Assembly: GCA_033856335.1 (NCBI GenBank)
Contig: JAWVFG010000051.1
Span: 1-55,969 of the forward strand
Direction of reading: 5' to 3'
DNA: 55,969 bases
Origin: Solirubrobacterales bacterium
GTDB lineage: Bacteria; Actinomycetota; Thermoleophilia; Solirubrobacterales; 70-9
Shown piece after piece: positions 42,686-54,306 of the stretch. Position numbers and translations under genes: made by a program. How positions within the stretch are numbered: the stretch's first letter is position 1; each line of letters begins with the position of its first letter. The notes beneath the pieces were generated by a model that saw only the letters and a program-made list of their open reading frames with translations, was not told the DNA's origin and ran no database searches.

Positions 42686-44167
42686 CTAGTAGCGGTAGTG
42701 GTCGCCCTTGTATGGACCCTCGACCGGGACGCCGATGTAGGCGGCCTGGTCGGGCTTGAGCTCCGTGAGCTCGACGCCGAGCGCGTCGAGGTGGAGGCGG
42801 GCGACCTTCTCATCCAGGTGCTTGGGCAGCACGTGGACCTCCTTGCCGTAAGCGTCGGCCTTGCCGAAGAGCTCGATTTGCGCGATCACCTGGTTGGTGA
42901 AGGAATTCGACATGACGAAGCTCGGGTGGCCCGTGGCGTTGCCGAGGTTGAGCAGGCGGCCCTCCGACAGGACGATGATCGAGTGGCCGTCCGGGAAGCG
43001 CCACTCGTCGACCTGGGGCTTGATGTTGATCCGCTCGATTCCATCGAAGCCCTCGAGAGCGGCCATCTGGATCTCGTCGTCGAAGTGGCCGATGTTGCCG
43101 ACGATCGCCTGGTGCTTCATCTGGGCCATGTGGTCAACGGTGATCACGTCGCGGTTGCCGGTCGCGGTGACGAAGATGTCGGCGTCAGCGACCACGCCCT
43201 CCAGCGCGCGGACCTCGTACCCCTGCATGGCCGCCTGGAGCGCGCAGATCGGGTCGATCTCGGTGACGATCACCCGTGCGCCCTGCCCGCGGAGGGACTC
43301 GGCGCAGCCCTTGCCGACGTCGCCGAAGCCGCAGATCACAGCGGTCTTGCCGCCGATCATCACGTCTGTGGCGCGGTTGATGCCGTCGACCAGGGAGTGA
43401 CGGCAGCCGTAGATGTTGTCGAACTTCGACTTGGTGACCGAGTCGTTGACGTTGATCGCAGGGAACAGGAGCGTGCCGTTCGCCTGCCGTTCGTAGAGGC
43501 GGATGACGCCCGTGGTGGTCTCCTCGGTGACGCCCTTGATCCCCTCCGCCATCTTGGTGAACCGCTGCGGCTCTTCCGCGAGGCTCACGCGGAGCAGATC
43601 GAGGATGACCTTCTCCTCCTCCGACCCGGCGGTCTCGGGGCCCGGGACCGCGCCGGCGGCCTCGAACTCGACGCCCTTATGGACCAGGAGAGTGGCGTCT
43701 CCGCCGTCGTCGAGCAGCATGTTGCAGCCGGTCTCGCCGTTGGGACCCGGCTCGGGCCAGGTCAGCGCCTGCAGCGCGCACTGCCAGTACTCCTCCAGCG
43801 TCTCGCCCTTCCAAGCGAAGACGGGGACGCCCTTCGGATCGTCGGGAGTGCCGTCCTGCCCGACGGCGACCGCGGCCGCGGCATGGTCCTGCGTCGAGAA
43901 GATGTTGCAGCTCGCCCAACGGACCTCGGCGCCGATAGTGACCAGCGTCTCGATCAGCACCGCCGTCTGGACCGTCATGTGGAGCGAGCCGGTGACCCGG
44001 GCGCCCTTCAGAGGCTTGGAGTCGGCGAACTCCGCGCGGGTCGACATCAGGCCGGGCATCTCGTGCTCCGCGAGGCGGATCTCCTTGCGGCCGAACTCGG
44101 CAAGCGAGAGGTCGGCCACACGGAAATCGAGGCCTGAGGAAGATGGCGCGCTGGTGGCGGTGCTCAT
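42686..44167 (-). CDS. ahcY: Adenosylhomocysteinase
   Basis: Full-length pattern (MPGLM, DDGGDAT, NAD site [18 protein letters not shown]-terminal YRY). Confidence 0.97.
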   Translation of the reverse strand: MSTATSAPSSSGLDFRVADLSLAEFGRKEIRLAEHEMPGLMSTRAEFADSKPLKGARVTGSLHMTVQTAVLIETLVTIGAEVRWASCNIFSTQDHAAAAVAVGQDGTPDDPKGVPVFAWKGETLEEYWQCALQALTWPEPGPNGETGCNMLLDDGGDATLLVHKGVEFEAAGAVPGPETAGSEEEKVILDLLRVSLAEEPQRFTKMAEGIKGVTEETTTGVIRLYERQANGTLLFPAINVNDSVTKSKFDNIYGCRHSLVDGINRATDVMIGGKTAVICGFGDVGKGCAESLRGQGARVIVTEIDPICALQAAMQGYEVRALEGVVADADIFVTATGNRDVITVDHMAQMKHQAIVGNIGHFDDEIQMAALEGFDGIERINIKPQVDEWRFPDGHSIIVLSEGRLLNLGNATGHPSFVMSNSFTNQVIAQIELFGKADAYGKEVHVLPKHLDEKVARLHLDALGVELTELKPDQAAYIGVPVEGPYKGDHYRY

Positions 44168-44232
44168 GCGGTGGTTGGTCTCCTGGTTCGAGTTGAGGAG
44201 GTCGAAGGCTACAGGCGGGTTACGGTGCGGGC

Positions 44233-44643
44233 ATGGAAGAGGGCATTCGGGTCGCTGAGGGTACGGTCATCCCGCTCAGTGAGATCGAGCTGCGCGCGAG
44301 CCGCTCGTCTGGCCCAGGCGGACAGCATGCAAACGTGACGGCCTCGCGGATCGAGGCGGTCTTCGACGTGGAGGCCTCCGAGGCGCTCAGCGACGGGCAG
44401 CGGGACCTGCTGCGGCGCAGACTTGGGGACCGGGTCACCGCCGTTGCGCAGGACGCCCGCAGCCAGGCCCGAAACCGAGAGCTGGCCCTCGAGCGGCTGC
44501 GAGAGAAGCTCACCGCCGGCCTGCGGCGGCCGAAACCGCGGCGACCTACGAAGCCCTCCCGCGGCGCCCGCGAGCGCCGCCTGGAGCAGAAGCGCAGGAC
44601 CTCAGAGCGCAAGGCGCGCCGAAGGCCGCCCGGCGAGGACTAG
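44233..44643 (+). CDS. arfB: Alternative ribosome-rescue factor ArfB (peptidyl-tRNA hydrolase, RF-1 domain)
   Basis: GGQ motif in [15 protein letters not shown], ~136 aa, and a basic C-terminal tail ([34 protein letters not shown]). Confidence 0.9.
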   Translation: MEEGIRVAEGTVIPLSEIELRASRSSGPGGQHANVTASRIEAVFDVEASEALSDGQRDLLRRRLGDRVTAVAQDARSQARNRELALERLREKLTAGLRRPKPRRPTKPSRGARERRLEQKRRTSERKARRRPPGED

Positions 44644-44649
44644 CCGTAG

Positions 44650-45645
44650 CTAGGGTCGGCCCATCTCCCGCTTGAAGCCCTCCAGCACGTCGACCGCGAG
44701 CGGGTCGACGCCATGGGCATTGGCGAGCTCGATCGCGAGCAGGTCGCCGAGCATCACCGTCTGCAGGACTCGGTCCGTGCGCGTCTCGCCCTCCGTCTCG
44801 ATCCTGATCACAGCCGCGGCGTAGGGCTCGATCGCCTTCGCGGTCAGCTCGAAGCGCTTGCGCTCGCGCGGATGCTGGTCGCGATCCTCGAGGAAGATCG
44901 CCGCAAAGCCGCCCTCCGCGCCGGACCAACCCTCGATCTCGTTGTGGTCCGCCTCGGGCAGGACCGAGGAGAAAGCCGGCAGCTTGGCGTTCTCGTTGAT
45001 TTGGGTCTTCCAGCGATAGGCGACCGGGGCGGTGAGGTCGCTGCCGTAGACGATGAGGGTCCCGTCGCCGATCTGGGCTGCCAGCTCGCTCGCGCGTTCC
45101 TGGGCCGCGTCGAAGGCCTCGCCCAGGTGCGATGCGGCGGCGTCGATCTCAGTGTGGATCCGGGGCCCCGCCAGCGCGAGCGCCGCCAGCTCCGCTGCGA
45201 CGCAGAACATGTAGCCCACGGCGGCGCGCGGCTGGAGTCCCGCCGGAAGGCCGATCACCGGGACACCGTCCGCGCGAGCGGCCTCGGCGAGCTCGCCGCC
45301 GGTGGTGGCGACGACACGGTGCGCGCCGAGGGCCTCCGCCGCCGCGTAGCAGGCAAGCGTCTCCTCGGTGTTGCCCGAGTAGCTCGAGCAGAGCACGGCC
45401 GACCCCGCCGGCGCCCACGGGGGCAGCTCGTAGCCGCGGGCGACGAGCATCGGCTTGGTGAGCCGATCGGAGAGGGCGGCTACCGCAAGGTCCCCGCCGA
45501 TCGCGGAGCCGCCCATGCCGCAGACGAATGCGGCCGGCGCCTCGATCGCGCCGGCACGAGCTGTCTCGATCCGCCAGAGCGCATCGCGCAGGTGATCCGG
45601 CATCGCGCGGGCCGCGTCCAGCATGTCGCCCCCCACCACCGTCAC
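44650..45645 (-). CDS. Bifunctional phosphoglucose/phosphomannose isomerase (SIS domain)
   Basis: Pattern: CGMGGSAIGGDL, SYSGNTEETL and a C-terminal PGI/PMI-specific domain. Confidence 0.85.
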   Translation of the reverse strand: MTVVGGDMLDAARAMPDHLRDALWRIETARAGAIEAPAAFVCGMGGSAIGGDLAVAALSDRLTKPMLVARGYELPPWAPAGSAVLCSSYSGNTEETLACYAAAEALGAHRVVATTGGELAEAARADGVPVIGLPAGLQPRAAVGYMFCVAAELAALALAGPRIHTEIDAAASHLGEAFDAAQERASELAAQIGDGTLIVYGSDLTAPVAYRWKTQINENAKLPAFSSVLPEADHNEIEGWSGAEGGFAAIFLEDRDQHPRERKRFELTAKAIEPYAAAVIRIETEGETRTDRVLQTVMLGDLLAIELANAHGVDPLAVDVLEGFKREMGRP

Positions 45646-46658
45646 GACGCGGCCTCCTCCGCTTCGCGTCCGGGGGCCGCGTCACCTCTGCCGACTCTCT
45701 CACCCTCGCCGATCACGGCGCCCTCGATCTGAGCCCCGTCCTCGACGGTCACGCCGGCGCTGAGGATGCTGTTCGAGACGACGGCGTCGTCCTCGACCAC
45801 GCAGCCCTCCAGCAACACGGAGCGCTCAATCACGGCACCCGAACCGATTCGGGCGTTAGGGCCGACGACGCACGGGGGCCGCAGCTCCGCGGCCGGCGAG
45901 ACCTGGGAGCCCTCCCCCACCATGATCGGGCCGTCCAGACGGTCGCCGGTGACCGCCGTGGCCCGGCCCTCGAGGATGTCCCAGTTCGCCTCCAGGTAGC
46001 GCTCCGGGGTCCCGATGTCGATCCAGTAGCCCTCTAGCCGGATCCCGTAGAGCCCCTTGCCGATCAGGCGCGGGAAGACCTCTCGCTCGATCGAGACGGC
46101 GCGGTCGGGTGGAATCTCGTCGAGGACCGAGCGCTCCAGCAGGTAGGCGCCGGCGTTGATCTCGTCCGTGTCGATCTGGTCCGGCTCCGGCTTTTCGAGG
46201 AACTCGGTCACCTCGCCATCCGCGTGGCGGTGGATGAGGCCGTAACCGGTGGGATCGGCGACCGGGTAGAGAGCGATCGTCGCCCGCGCGCCGGTGGCGC
46301 CGTGCTGCTCGATCAGCGCCGTCAGGTCGAGGTCGCAGAGGATGTCGCCGTTCAGGACCAGGAACCGGTCGGCGAGCATCTCCTCGGCGAAGCGGATGGC
46401 GCCGGCGGTTCCGCGGCGGTCGGGCTCCTCGGCGTAGCGGATCTCGACGCCCGGCTCCAGCGCGGCGAGAGCCTCGCGCATGCCGTCCGCGAGAAAGCCG
46501 CAGGAGATGATCACGTCGTCGACGCCGTGGCTGACGAGCCAGTCGATCACGTAGGCGATGTGGGGCCGCCCGGCCAGCGGCAGCACCGGCTTGGGGACCG
46601 TGTAGGTGAGGGGCCGCAGGCGAGTGCCCTCGCCGCCCGCCAGGATTACCGCCTGCAT
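45642..46658 (-). CDS. NDP-sugar pyrophosphorylase (mannose-1-phosphate guanylyltransferase-like)
   Basis: The nucleotidyltransferase signature is MQAVILAGGEGTRLRPLTYTVPKP, with C-terminal hexapeptide repeats. ATG 46658 was verified codon by codon. The track's upstream extension to 46832 overlaps ugd. Confidence 0.9.
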   Translation of the reverse strand: MQAVILAGGEGTRLRPLTYTVPKPVLPLAGRPHIAYVIDWLVSHGVDDVIISCGFLADGMREALAALEPGVEIRYAEEPDRRGTAGAIRFAEEMLADRFLVLNGDILCDLDLTALIEQHGATGARATIALYPVADPTGYGLIHRHADGEVTEFLEKPEPDQIDTDEINAGAYLLERSVLDEIPPDRAVSIEREVFPRLIGKGLYGIRLEGYWIDIGTPERYLEANWDILEGRATAVTGDRLDGPIMVGEGSQVSPAAELRPPCVVGPNARIGSGAVIERSVLLEGCVVEDDAVVSNSILSAGVTVEDGAQIEGAVIGEGERVGRGDAAPGREAEEAAS

Positions 46659-46663
46659 CAGCC

Positions 46664-47968
46664 TCAGCCGACCACAGAGCGGTCCGGGATGCTGGGACGC
46701 CCGATGGCCTCGTAGGTGATCCCGGCGGCCCTGACGACCGCCGGATCGAGGAAGTTGCGCCCGTCCACCAGGAGTGGATTGCCCATCCGCTTGGCCACCT
46801 CGCCCCAGTCGAGCTTGGCGAACTCGGGCCACTCAGTGACCAGAACAGCGGCGTCGGCGCCCTCCAGCGCCTCCATCGTGGAGCCGGCCATCTCCACGCT
46901 CGGCAGCAGCTCACGGGCGCGTTGCTCGGCGACCGGGTCGAAGGCGACGACCGTCGCGCCCTCGCCCTCGAGACGCGCGGCCAGCACCAGGCTCGAGGCC
47001 TCGCGCATGTCATCCGTGTCCGGCTTGAAGGCGAGGCCGAGCAGCGCCACGCGCTTGCCCACCAGCGAGTCCAGGTGCTTGGAGATCTTCGCCATCACCC
47101 TGCGCTTCTGAAGCTCGTTCACCTCGATCACCGAGTTGAGGAGCTGAAAGTGGTAACCGCTGTTGCCGGCGAGGATCTTGAGGGCCTGGGTGTCCTTCGG
47201 GAAGCAGGAGCCTCCGAATCCCAGGCCGGCGTTCAGGAACTTGTCGCCGATCCGCGGGTCCATGCCCATCCCGCGCGCAACCTCGGTCACGTCCGCGCCG
47301 ACCTCGTCGCAGACGTTCGCGATCTCATTGATGAAGCTGATCTTGGTGGCCAGGTAGGCGTTGGAGGCGAGCTTGATCATCTCCGCGCTCGAGAGATCGG
47401 TGCGGACGATCGGCGCGCCGAGGGGCTCATAGACCGACGCCACGGCGTCGGCGGCCCACTCGTCGCCGGGATCGAAGCCGACCACGACCCGGTCGGGATG
47501 CAGGAAGTCCTTGACGGCCGTCCCCTCCTTCAGGAACTCGGGGCAGGAGATGTACGCCAGGTCGGGTGCGTCGCGGTGGATCGTCCGACCTGTCCCGACC
47601 GGGACCGTGCTCTTCATCACCAGCGCCTTCCCCTCCGGCTCGCCGATCTCCGCGACGGCTCGCTGCACGGCCGAGAGGTCCGCGTCGCCCGAATAGGTGG
47701 GCGGGGTCTGGACGCAGACGAAGATCAGCCGCGGACCGTCGAGCAGCTCCGCCATCTCGGTGGTGAAGGTGAGCCGCTCGCGGTTGCGCTCGATCAGCTC
47801 AGGCAGCTCCGGCTCATGGATCGGGATCTCGCCGCGCGTGAGCGACTCGACCTTCTCGGGGACGATCTCACGGACGACGACACGGTGGCCGACCTCGGCG
47901 AAGCAGGCGGCGGTCACCAGCCCGACCCAGCCGGCCCCGACCACCCCAATCGGCTCCCTTTCGCTCAC
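46664..47968 (-). CDS. ugd: UDP-glucose 6-dehydrogenase
   Basis: Rossmann motif VVGAGWVGLVTAACFAE and catalytic region GFGGSCFPKD. GTG 47968 is preferred; the 784-aa track ORF is a read-through into the LCP gene region in another frame. Confidence 0.9.
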   Translation of the reverse strand: MSEREPIGVVGAGWVGLVTAACFAEVGHRVVVREIVPEKVESLTRGEIPIHEPELPELIERNRERLTFTTEMAELLDGPRLIFVCVQTPPTYSGDADLSAVQRAVAEIGEPEGKALVMKSTVPVGTGRTIHRDAPDLAYISCPEFLKEGTAVKDFLHPDRVVVGFDPGDEWAADAVASVYEPLGAPIVRTDLSSAEMIKLASNAYLATKISFINEIANVCDEVGADVTEVARGMGMDPRIGDKFLNAGLGFGGSCFPKDTQALKILAGNSGYHFQLLNSVIEVNELQKRRVMAKISKHLDSLVGKRVALLGLAFKPDTDDMREASSLVLAARLEGEGATVVAFDPVAEQRARELLPSVEMAGSTMEALEGADAAVLVTEWPEFAKLDWGEVAKRMGNPLLVDGRNFLDPAVVRAAGITYEAIGRPSIPDRSVVG

Positions 47969-47985
47969 GAGCGACTCTCGTCCCG

Positions 47986-49920
47986 TCAGGTCCCCGGGAG
48001 CTGCTGGAAGCCCTCGGCGATCCTGAGCATGTCCTCGTTCGGGACGGTCTCGATCAGGGAGTTGGAGACCCAGAAGGAGCCCTGGTCGGTCTGCCAGGCC
48101 ACCATCCGCAGCCGGTCGCCGTCGTAGTAGAGCTTGTAGTCGCGGCCCCCGATCGTCTTGTCTTCGTGGCTGGCATCGAGGATCGGCGGACTCTGCCAAC
48201 TCGTGCCCTCGAAGCCGTAGTAATCGCCCAGGGTGGGCAGGCTGAACACCCACTTGTAGGCCGCGCGCTGATCGTGCGGTGGTGACTCGTCCCCCTTGCC
48301 GTTGATCTTGTAGACACGCGGCTTCTGGGCGTAGTCGCTGCCGGTCTCGAGCAGCGTCGGGTAGAAGACCGGGACCTTCTCCTTGCGCGCCCTGATGGCC
48401 TGGGCGAGCTGCCGGCCGTAGGTCGTACGCGTCAGTGTGCTCGGCAGCGAGGAGCCTCCGGCCGAGCCCTTCTTCTTCGCGGGGGCCGCGGGCGTGGCCT
48501 TGGTGTGGTCCGGCGGCGGCTCGGGGGTGACGGCCTTGTTCGGCTTCGCGCTCGATCCGGCGGGCCCCGGTGTTCCGGAGACGCCGAGGAACTGGTTCAC
48601 CGCCGTGTGGATCTCGCCCTGGGTCGCATACACAAACGAGGGGCCGAGGGTCCCATTGAAGTGGATCTCCTTGATCTGCGCGCTGCGAAGGTCGAAGAAC
48701 AGCTTCAGCACCTCGAGCATCTGCGTCGGATCGTTGATGTCCGAGGACGTGTAGTGGGTGAAGATCTTGATCAGCTTGCTGCGGTCGTCGAACAGCCGGC
48801 TCGGGGGCACCTTGGCACGGGCCTCCCTCAAGAACGCCTGCTGGCGGGCCGAGCGAACGATGTCGTTGTCGGTGTGGCGATAGCGCACATAGGACAGCGC
48901 GTCGAAGCCGCACAGCGACTGGTAGCCGGGCTGGAGATTGATCTCCGCGTAGTCGGATGAGCTCGCGTAGGGGCCGTTCTGATGGAAGTAGCGCTGATCG
49001 ACATCGACGTATACGCACCCGATCGCATTGACCGCCCGCGCGAAACCGGTGAAGTCCACGTTGACCAGGTGGTTGATTTCGAGGCCGGTGAGCTGCTTGA
49101 CGGTCTCGAGCGTCAGCTTGGGACCGCCGAGCGAGTAGGCGGCGTTGAGTTTGTCGGTGCCGACGCCGGGGATCTGGACCTTGAGGTCACGAGGTAGAGA
49201 CAGCAGCGCGATCGCGTCCCGGTTCGGGTCCAGGCGCAGGAGCATGGTGGTGTCGGAGAGACCGAACTGGCCGCTGATCTGCTGATTCCGGCGATCGGAG
49301 CCGAGGATCAGGATGGTCTGGGGCCCGCTGCCGGGAGTCTTCAGGAACGGCTCCACCCCGTTGAGAACGCTGCCGTGCCTCAGCGCGCTGGCGATGTCGC
49401 CCAGGTAGAGGATCAGGCTCGCAGACGTGGCGCCGGCGATCGCGGCGATGATCACGAAGGAGGCCGTCAGGAATCGAAGCCAAAGGGGGAAGCCGAGGTG
49501 CCTGCGGACCGCCTTGAAGCCTGAGGTGACCTTCTTCCCGCCCACCTTCTCGAACCCGGAGGTGACGGCGGAGCCGGCCTGCTTGACGCGGTCAGCGGCC
49601 GAGGCGACCACAGTGGGCTCGTCGGGCTGCGCCTCGGCGGCGTCGAGTCCGTCCCACTCTTGCGTCTGGGCGGAGACGACGTGCTCGAGCTCGTCTTCCT
49701 CGTCGAGGTCCTCGTCCTCGTAGTCCTCCTCGTCGAGATCCTCTTCTGAGTCCTCGTCGTCGCCGAGGTCGTCCTCTTCAGGCTCTTCCTCCTCGCCCTT
49801 TCCCTCGTCGACGTCCTCGAGGAAATCGTCGCCGAGCTGGTACTCCTGAGTGTCGTCGGCGCGCGGCTCCTCGTCGGGCCTGCCCTTCCCGTTGCCTTCG
49901 CCTTCCCCAGCCGGGCTCAC
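47986..49920 (-). CDS. LytR-CpsA-Psr (LCP) family protein with an acidic N-terminal tail and a large C-terminal extension
   Basis: The LCP core reads ILILGSDRR...DTTMLLRLDP...LSLPRDL...KLNAAY...VNVDFTGF. It follows a TM helix and a ~110-aa D/E-rich N-terminus. GTG 49920 overlaps the upstream stop as GTGA. Confidence 0.85.
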   Translation of the reverse strand: MSPAGEGEGNGKGRPDEEPRADDTQEYQLGDDFLEDVDEGKGEEEEPEEDDLGDDEDSEEDLDEEDYEDEDLDEEDELEHVVSAQTQEWDGLDAAEAQPDEPTVVASAADRVKQAGSAVTSGFEKVGGKKVTSGFKAVRRHLGFPLWLRFLTASFVIIAAIAGATSASLILYLGDIASALRHGSVLNGVEPFLKTPGSGPQTILILGSDRRNQQISGQFGLSDTTMLLRLDPNRDAIALLSLPRDLKVQIPGVGTDKLNAAYSLGGPKLTLETVKQLTGLEINHLVNVDFTGFARAVNAIGCVYVDVDQRYFHQNGPYASSSDYAEINLQPGYQSLCGFDALSYVRYRHTDNDIVRSARQQAFLREARAKVPPSRLFDDRSKLIKIFTHYTSSDINDPTQMLEVLKLFFDLRSAQIKEIHFNGTLGPSFVYATQGEIHTAVNQFLGVSGTPGPAGSSAKPNKAVTPEPPPDHTKATPAAPAKKKGSAGGSSLPSTLTRTTYGRQLAQAIRARKEKVPVFYPTLLETGSDYAQKPRVYKINGKGDESPPHDQRAAYKWVFSLPTLGDYYGFEGTSWQSPPILDASHEDKTIGGRDYKLYYDGDRLRMVAWQTDQGSFWVSNSLIETVPNEDMLRIAEGFQQLPGT

Positions 49921-50996
49921 GCGGTCATCCCCGGGAAGCTCTTGACGAAGCCCTCGAGCGCCTGCCGATAGCTGTGCAGGGAGCTGACCGAGACCCACTC
50001 GGCAGGGCCGTGGTGGCCGTCGCCGATGGGCCCGAACTCCACAGCCGGGACTCCCGCAGCGAGAAAGGAGACCGCGTCCGACGCGCCGTCGCGGCCGACG
50101 CTCATCACCCGCTCGGGATGGTGCGGGGACGCCGCCTCGCAGAGGCCCTGCACGAAGGGCGAGTCGGGCTCCACGACGGCCGGCGGGCGGCGGAACGTGG
50201 CGACCACCCGAGTGTCGGGCAGGCTGCTGACCTGCGCGAGGATCTCATCTGGATCCTGGTCCGGCAGGAAGCGGATATCGACGTCTATGACGCAGGTGTC
50301 TGGCACTTTGTTCAGGGCATCGCCGCCCATGATTCGACCAAGATTGATGGAGGGCCGGTCGAACAGGGCGGAACTGTGGCGTGCAAACGGTAGCGACTCG
50401 ATGCCCCTGAACACCTCAACCGCCTTGACCACGGCGTTGTCCCCCAGCCACGGCGTGGCTCCGTGGGCCGAGCGACCGTGCACCTCCAGCCTCACGGCGA
50501 GCACGCCCTTGGCCTGCACGCCGACCTGGAGGTTGGTGGGCTCGCCCGTGATCGCGAAGTCCCCGATGAAGCCGCTAGCCACGAGCGCGTCGGAGCCGCG
50601 GTTCGCCTCCTCCTCCGACTCCTCGTCGGAGACGATCCCGAGCCGGAGCCTCACGTCCTCCTGGTCGCGGAGATCGTGCACGACGAGCAGCATCACGGCG
50701 AGTGCGCCCTTCATGTCATAGGAGCCGCGCCCGAAGAGCCGGTCGCCGTCGACCCGGGGCTCGAACTGGTCCAGGCCACCGGGGACCACATCCATGTGGC
50801 CGTGGAGCACCAGGGTCGGCGCGTCCTCGGGGCCCACCTCCGCGGTCGTCACCGGGAGGCCGCGAGACTCGGTCTGCTGCGCCTTGATGTCGTTGGACTC
50901 GAGCCAGCCGCCGACGAACTCCGCGGCGCGCCGCAGCCCCTCGGCGTTGGAGGTGTCAAAGGCGATCAGTCTCTGCGCGAGGGCAAGCTCATCCAT
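49917..50996 (-). CDS. M20 family metallopeptidase (DapE/ArgE-like)
   Basis: LVLHGHMDVVP, SDEESEE and GRSAHGATP motifs. Confidence 0.85.
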   Translation of the reverse strand: MDELALAQRLIAFDTSNAEGLRRAAEFVGGWLESNDIKAQQTESRGLPVTTAEVGPEDAPTLVLHGHMDVVPGGLDQFEPRVDGDRLFGRGSYDMKGALAVMLLVVHDLRDQEDVRLRLGIVSDEESEEEANRGSDALVASGFIGDFAITGEPTNLQVGVQAKGVLAVRLEVHGRSAHGATPWLGDNAVVKAVEVFRGIESLPFARHSSALFDRPSINLGRIMGGDALNKVPDTCVIDVDIRFLPDQDPDEILAQVSSLPDTRVVATFRRPPAVVEPDSPFVQGLCEAASPHHPERVMSVGRDGASDAVSFLAAGVPAVEFGPIGDGHHGPAEWVSVSSLHSYRQALEGFVKSFPGMTA

Positions 50997-51038
50997 GGCC
51001 GCGCATCGTAGGTGGATGCGGCCCCTCGGCCGCGCGTG

Positions 51039-52322
51039 CTACTTCCCGGTGCGGAGCTTGAGCTTCTTCGTCGCGGCCAGCCCGCCGTCCGGCGTGTAGC
51101 TCACGCGGACCTTGAGCTTGCCCTTCTGGGCGAGGAGCGCCGAGCCGGACTTGGTCAGCTTGACCTTGACGACGATCGTGCCGGGGCCGCCGTGCACGCT
51201 CGTCGTCTTGACGAGCTTCGGCTTCTTCTTCTTCTTCTTCTTGGCGGACGACGCGGCCTTGCTGCTGACGTCACTGACGCTGCCGGTCCCCTCGTTCGTC
51301 ACCGTGAAGATCACCTTTCTGCCCTTGACCTTCGCGGTGAAGGCGTTGGACGGCACACTCAAGACCTCGGCGCTCTGCAGAGCACTACCGTCGTAGCCCC
51401 CGGCAACCAGCGCCCTGCCATCCGGGAGGGCGGCCCCGGCGGCCTCCTCGCGCTTGCCGGCGAGGCTGCCGACCCCAGCCGAGCTGAACGAGTTCGTGGT
51501 CGGGTCGAAGATCTCGGCACTTGTGACGTAGTTGTTGCTGTCATAGCCCCCAGCAATCAACGCGCGCCCGCCGGGCAGCGAGGCGGCAGCCGGCGCGTAG
51601 CGGAAGATCGAGAGCGATCCAACGGAGCTGAAGGTGGCACTCGGCGGATTGAAGACATTCGCCGAGGAGAAGTAGATGCCCGGTCCGCTGTTGTCGTAGC
51701 CGCCCGCGACCAACACACGGCCACCGGAGACCACAGCGCCACCGAGCCCGAACGCGGCCGCGGGAAGCGGCGGCCCGGCACTGAACGTGTTCGTATTGGG
51801 ATCGAAGATCTCGGTGCTGCTCAGATTGGCGGAGCTGTTGACCCCCCCTGCGACGAGAATCCTGCCGTCAGGAAGCGGCGCTGCAGCCGCGAGCTCTCGC
51901 CGCGTTGCCATCGAGCCGACCGGCGAGAACGTCCCGGTGCTGGGATTGAAGACCTCGGCGCTCGTCACGTCGGTGGTGTTGTTGTACCCCCCGGCCACGA
52001 GCACCCGACCGTCCGGCAGCGCTGCGACCGCCGGCCCGTAGCGAATGCTGTTCATCGTTCCAACGCCGGAGGCGCTGAACGTATTCGTCGACGGGTTGAA
52101 GATCTCGGCGCTATTGAGACTGTTGGTGCCGTCGTACCCGCCGGCGATCAGAATCCGCCCGTCCGGAAGCGGCGCCGCGCCCGGGGCGTCGCGCTTCGTC
52201 GTCATGTTCCCCACCGGGGAGAAGGTGACCGGGTTGAGCGCGCTGGCGGCGGTAGGCGCAACCAGAATCGCCGCGCCGATCCCGATGCACAACATCGTTG
52301 TGGTGATCTTGCGCCTGCTCAA
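51039..52322 (-). CDS. Secreted six-bladed Kelch-repeat protein with a C-terminal Lys-rich beta domain
   Basis: Signal peptide, then six repeats of (A)PLPDGR(I/V)L(I/V)AGGYD...SAE(I/V)F(N/D)P.T..FS, then a K7 run and a Lys-rich ~70-aa terminal segment. Confidence 0.85.
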   Translation of the reverse strand: MSRRKITTTMLCIGIGAAILVAPTAASALNPVTFSPVGNMTTKRDAPGAAPLPDGRILIAGGYDGTNSLNSAEIFNPSTNTFSASGVGTMNSIRYGPAVAALPDGRVLVAGGYNNTTDVTSAEVFNPSTGTFSPVGSMATRRELAAAAPLPDGRILVAGGVNSSANLSSTEIFDPNTNTFSAGPPLPAAAFGLGGAVVSGGRVLVAGGYDNSGPGIYFSSANVFNPPSATFSSVGSLSIFRYAPAAASLPGGRALIAGGYDSNNYVTSAEIFDPTTNSFSSAGVGSLAGKREEAAGAALPDGRALVAGGYDGSALQSAEVLSVPSNAFTAKVKGRKVIFTVTNEGTGSVSDVSSKAASSAKKKKKKKPKLVKTTSVHGGPGTIVVKVKLTKSGSALLAQKGKLKVRVSYTPDGGLAATKKLKLRTGK

Positions 52323-52354
52323 GCTTGCGACCCTACCAGCAGCACGGACCTGGC

Positions 52355-52771
52355 CTAGTCCTGTTCCCCTGCGACTCCAAGGAACGCCTCGGCGCGGTCC
52401 TTGTCGCGCTGCGCCTGCCTATGGGCGCCGGAGTCCCTCTCGGACTCCTGCAGCCGGGCGTCCGCGTCCTCGATCCGGCTGCGGAGCTCGCCGGGGTCGA
52501 GGTCCTCGGGCGCGGCCGCCTCGCCGACCAGCACCGTGGCCCGGTTGGCGAACACCTGGAGCCAGCCCTCGGCCTGCGCCCAGCGCTTGACCTCGCCGCC
52601 CGGCATGTGCAGCCGGAGCTCCGTCGGGCGAAGCCGTGCCAGCACGGGAACGTGGTTGGCGAGGATGCCGATCTCGCCGACGGCGGTGCGCGTCGAGAGC
52701 TGGTGGACCTCGCCGTCGAAGACCTCCCCCTCGGGGGTCAGTACCCGGGCGTTGAGGTTGTGCTCGGCCAT
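52355..52771 (-). CDS. atpC: F0F1 ATP synthase subunit epsilon
   Basis: 138 aa, N-terminal beta-sandwich pattern (VLTPEGEVFDGEV...GILANHVPVLA). It lies downstream of atpD. Confidence 0.9.
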   Translation of the reverse strand: MAEHNLNARVLTPEGEVFDGEVHQLSTRTAVGEIGILANHVPVLARLRPTELRLHMPGGEVKRWAQAEGWLQVFANRATVLVGEAAAPEDLDPGELRSRIEDADARLQESERDSGAHRQAQRDKDRAEAFLGVAGEQD

Positions 52772-52773
52772 CG

Positions 52774-54279
<1,506 letters not shown>

Positions 54280-54306
54280 TCATCTCCTTCTCTATTCCAA
54301 GTCTTG

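Noticed and set aside
44168-44232. Possible SAH riboswitch upstream of ahcY.
   Set aside because: Only ~65 nt separate the divergent ahcY and arfB starts. I could not find the conserved SAH-element strings as I remember them (for example GCGCUGC...CAACGGCGCUC).
47969-49018. Upstream extension of the ugd ORF, giving a 784-aa track ORF (46664..49018).
   Set aside because: The extension overlaps the LCP gene in another frame and has no dehydrogenase features. The Rossmann fold GxGxxG starts right after GTG 47968.
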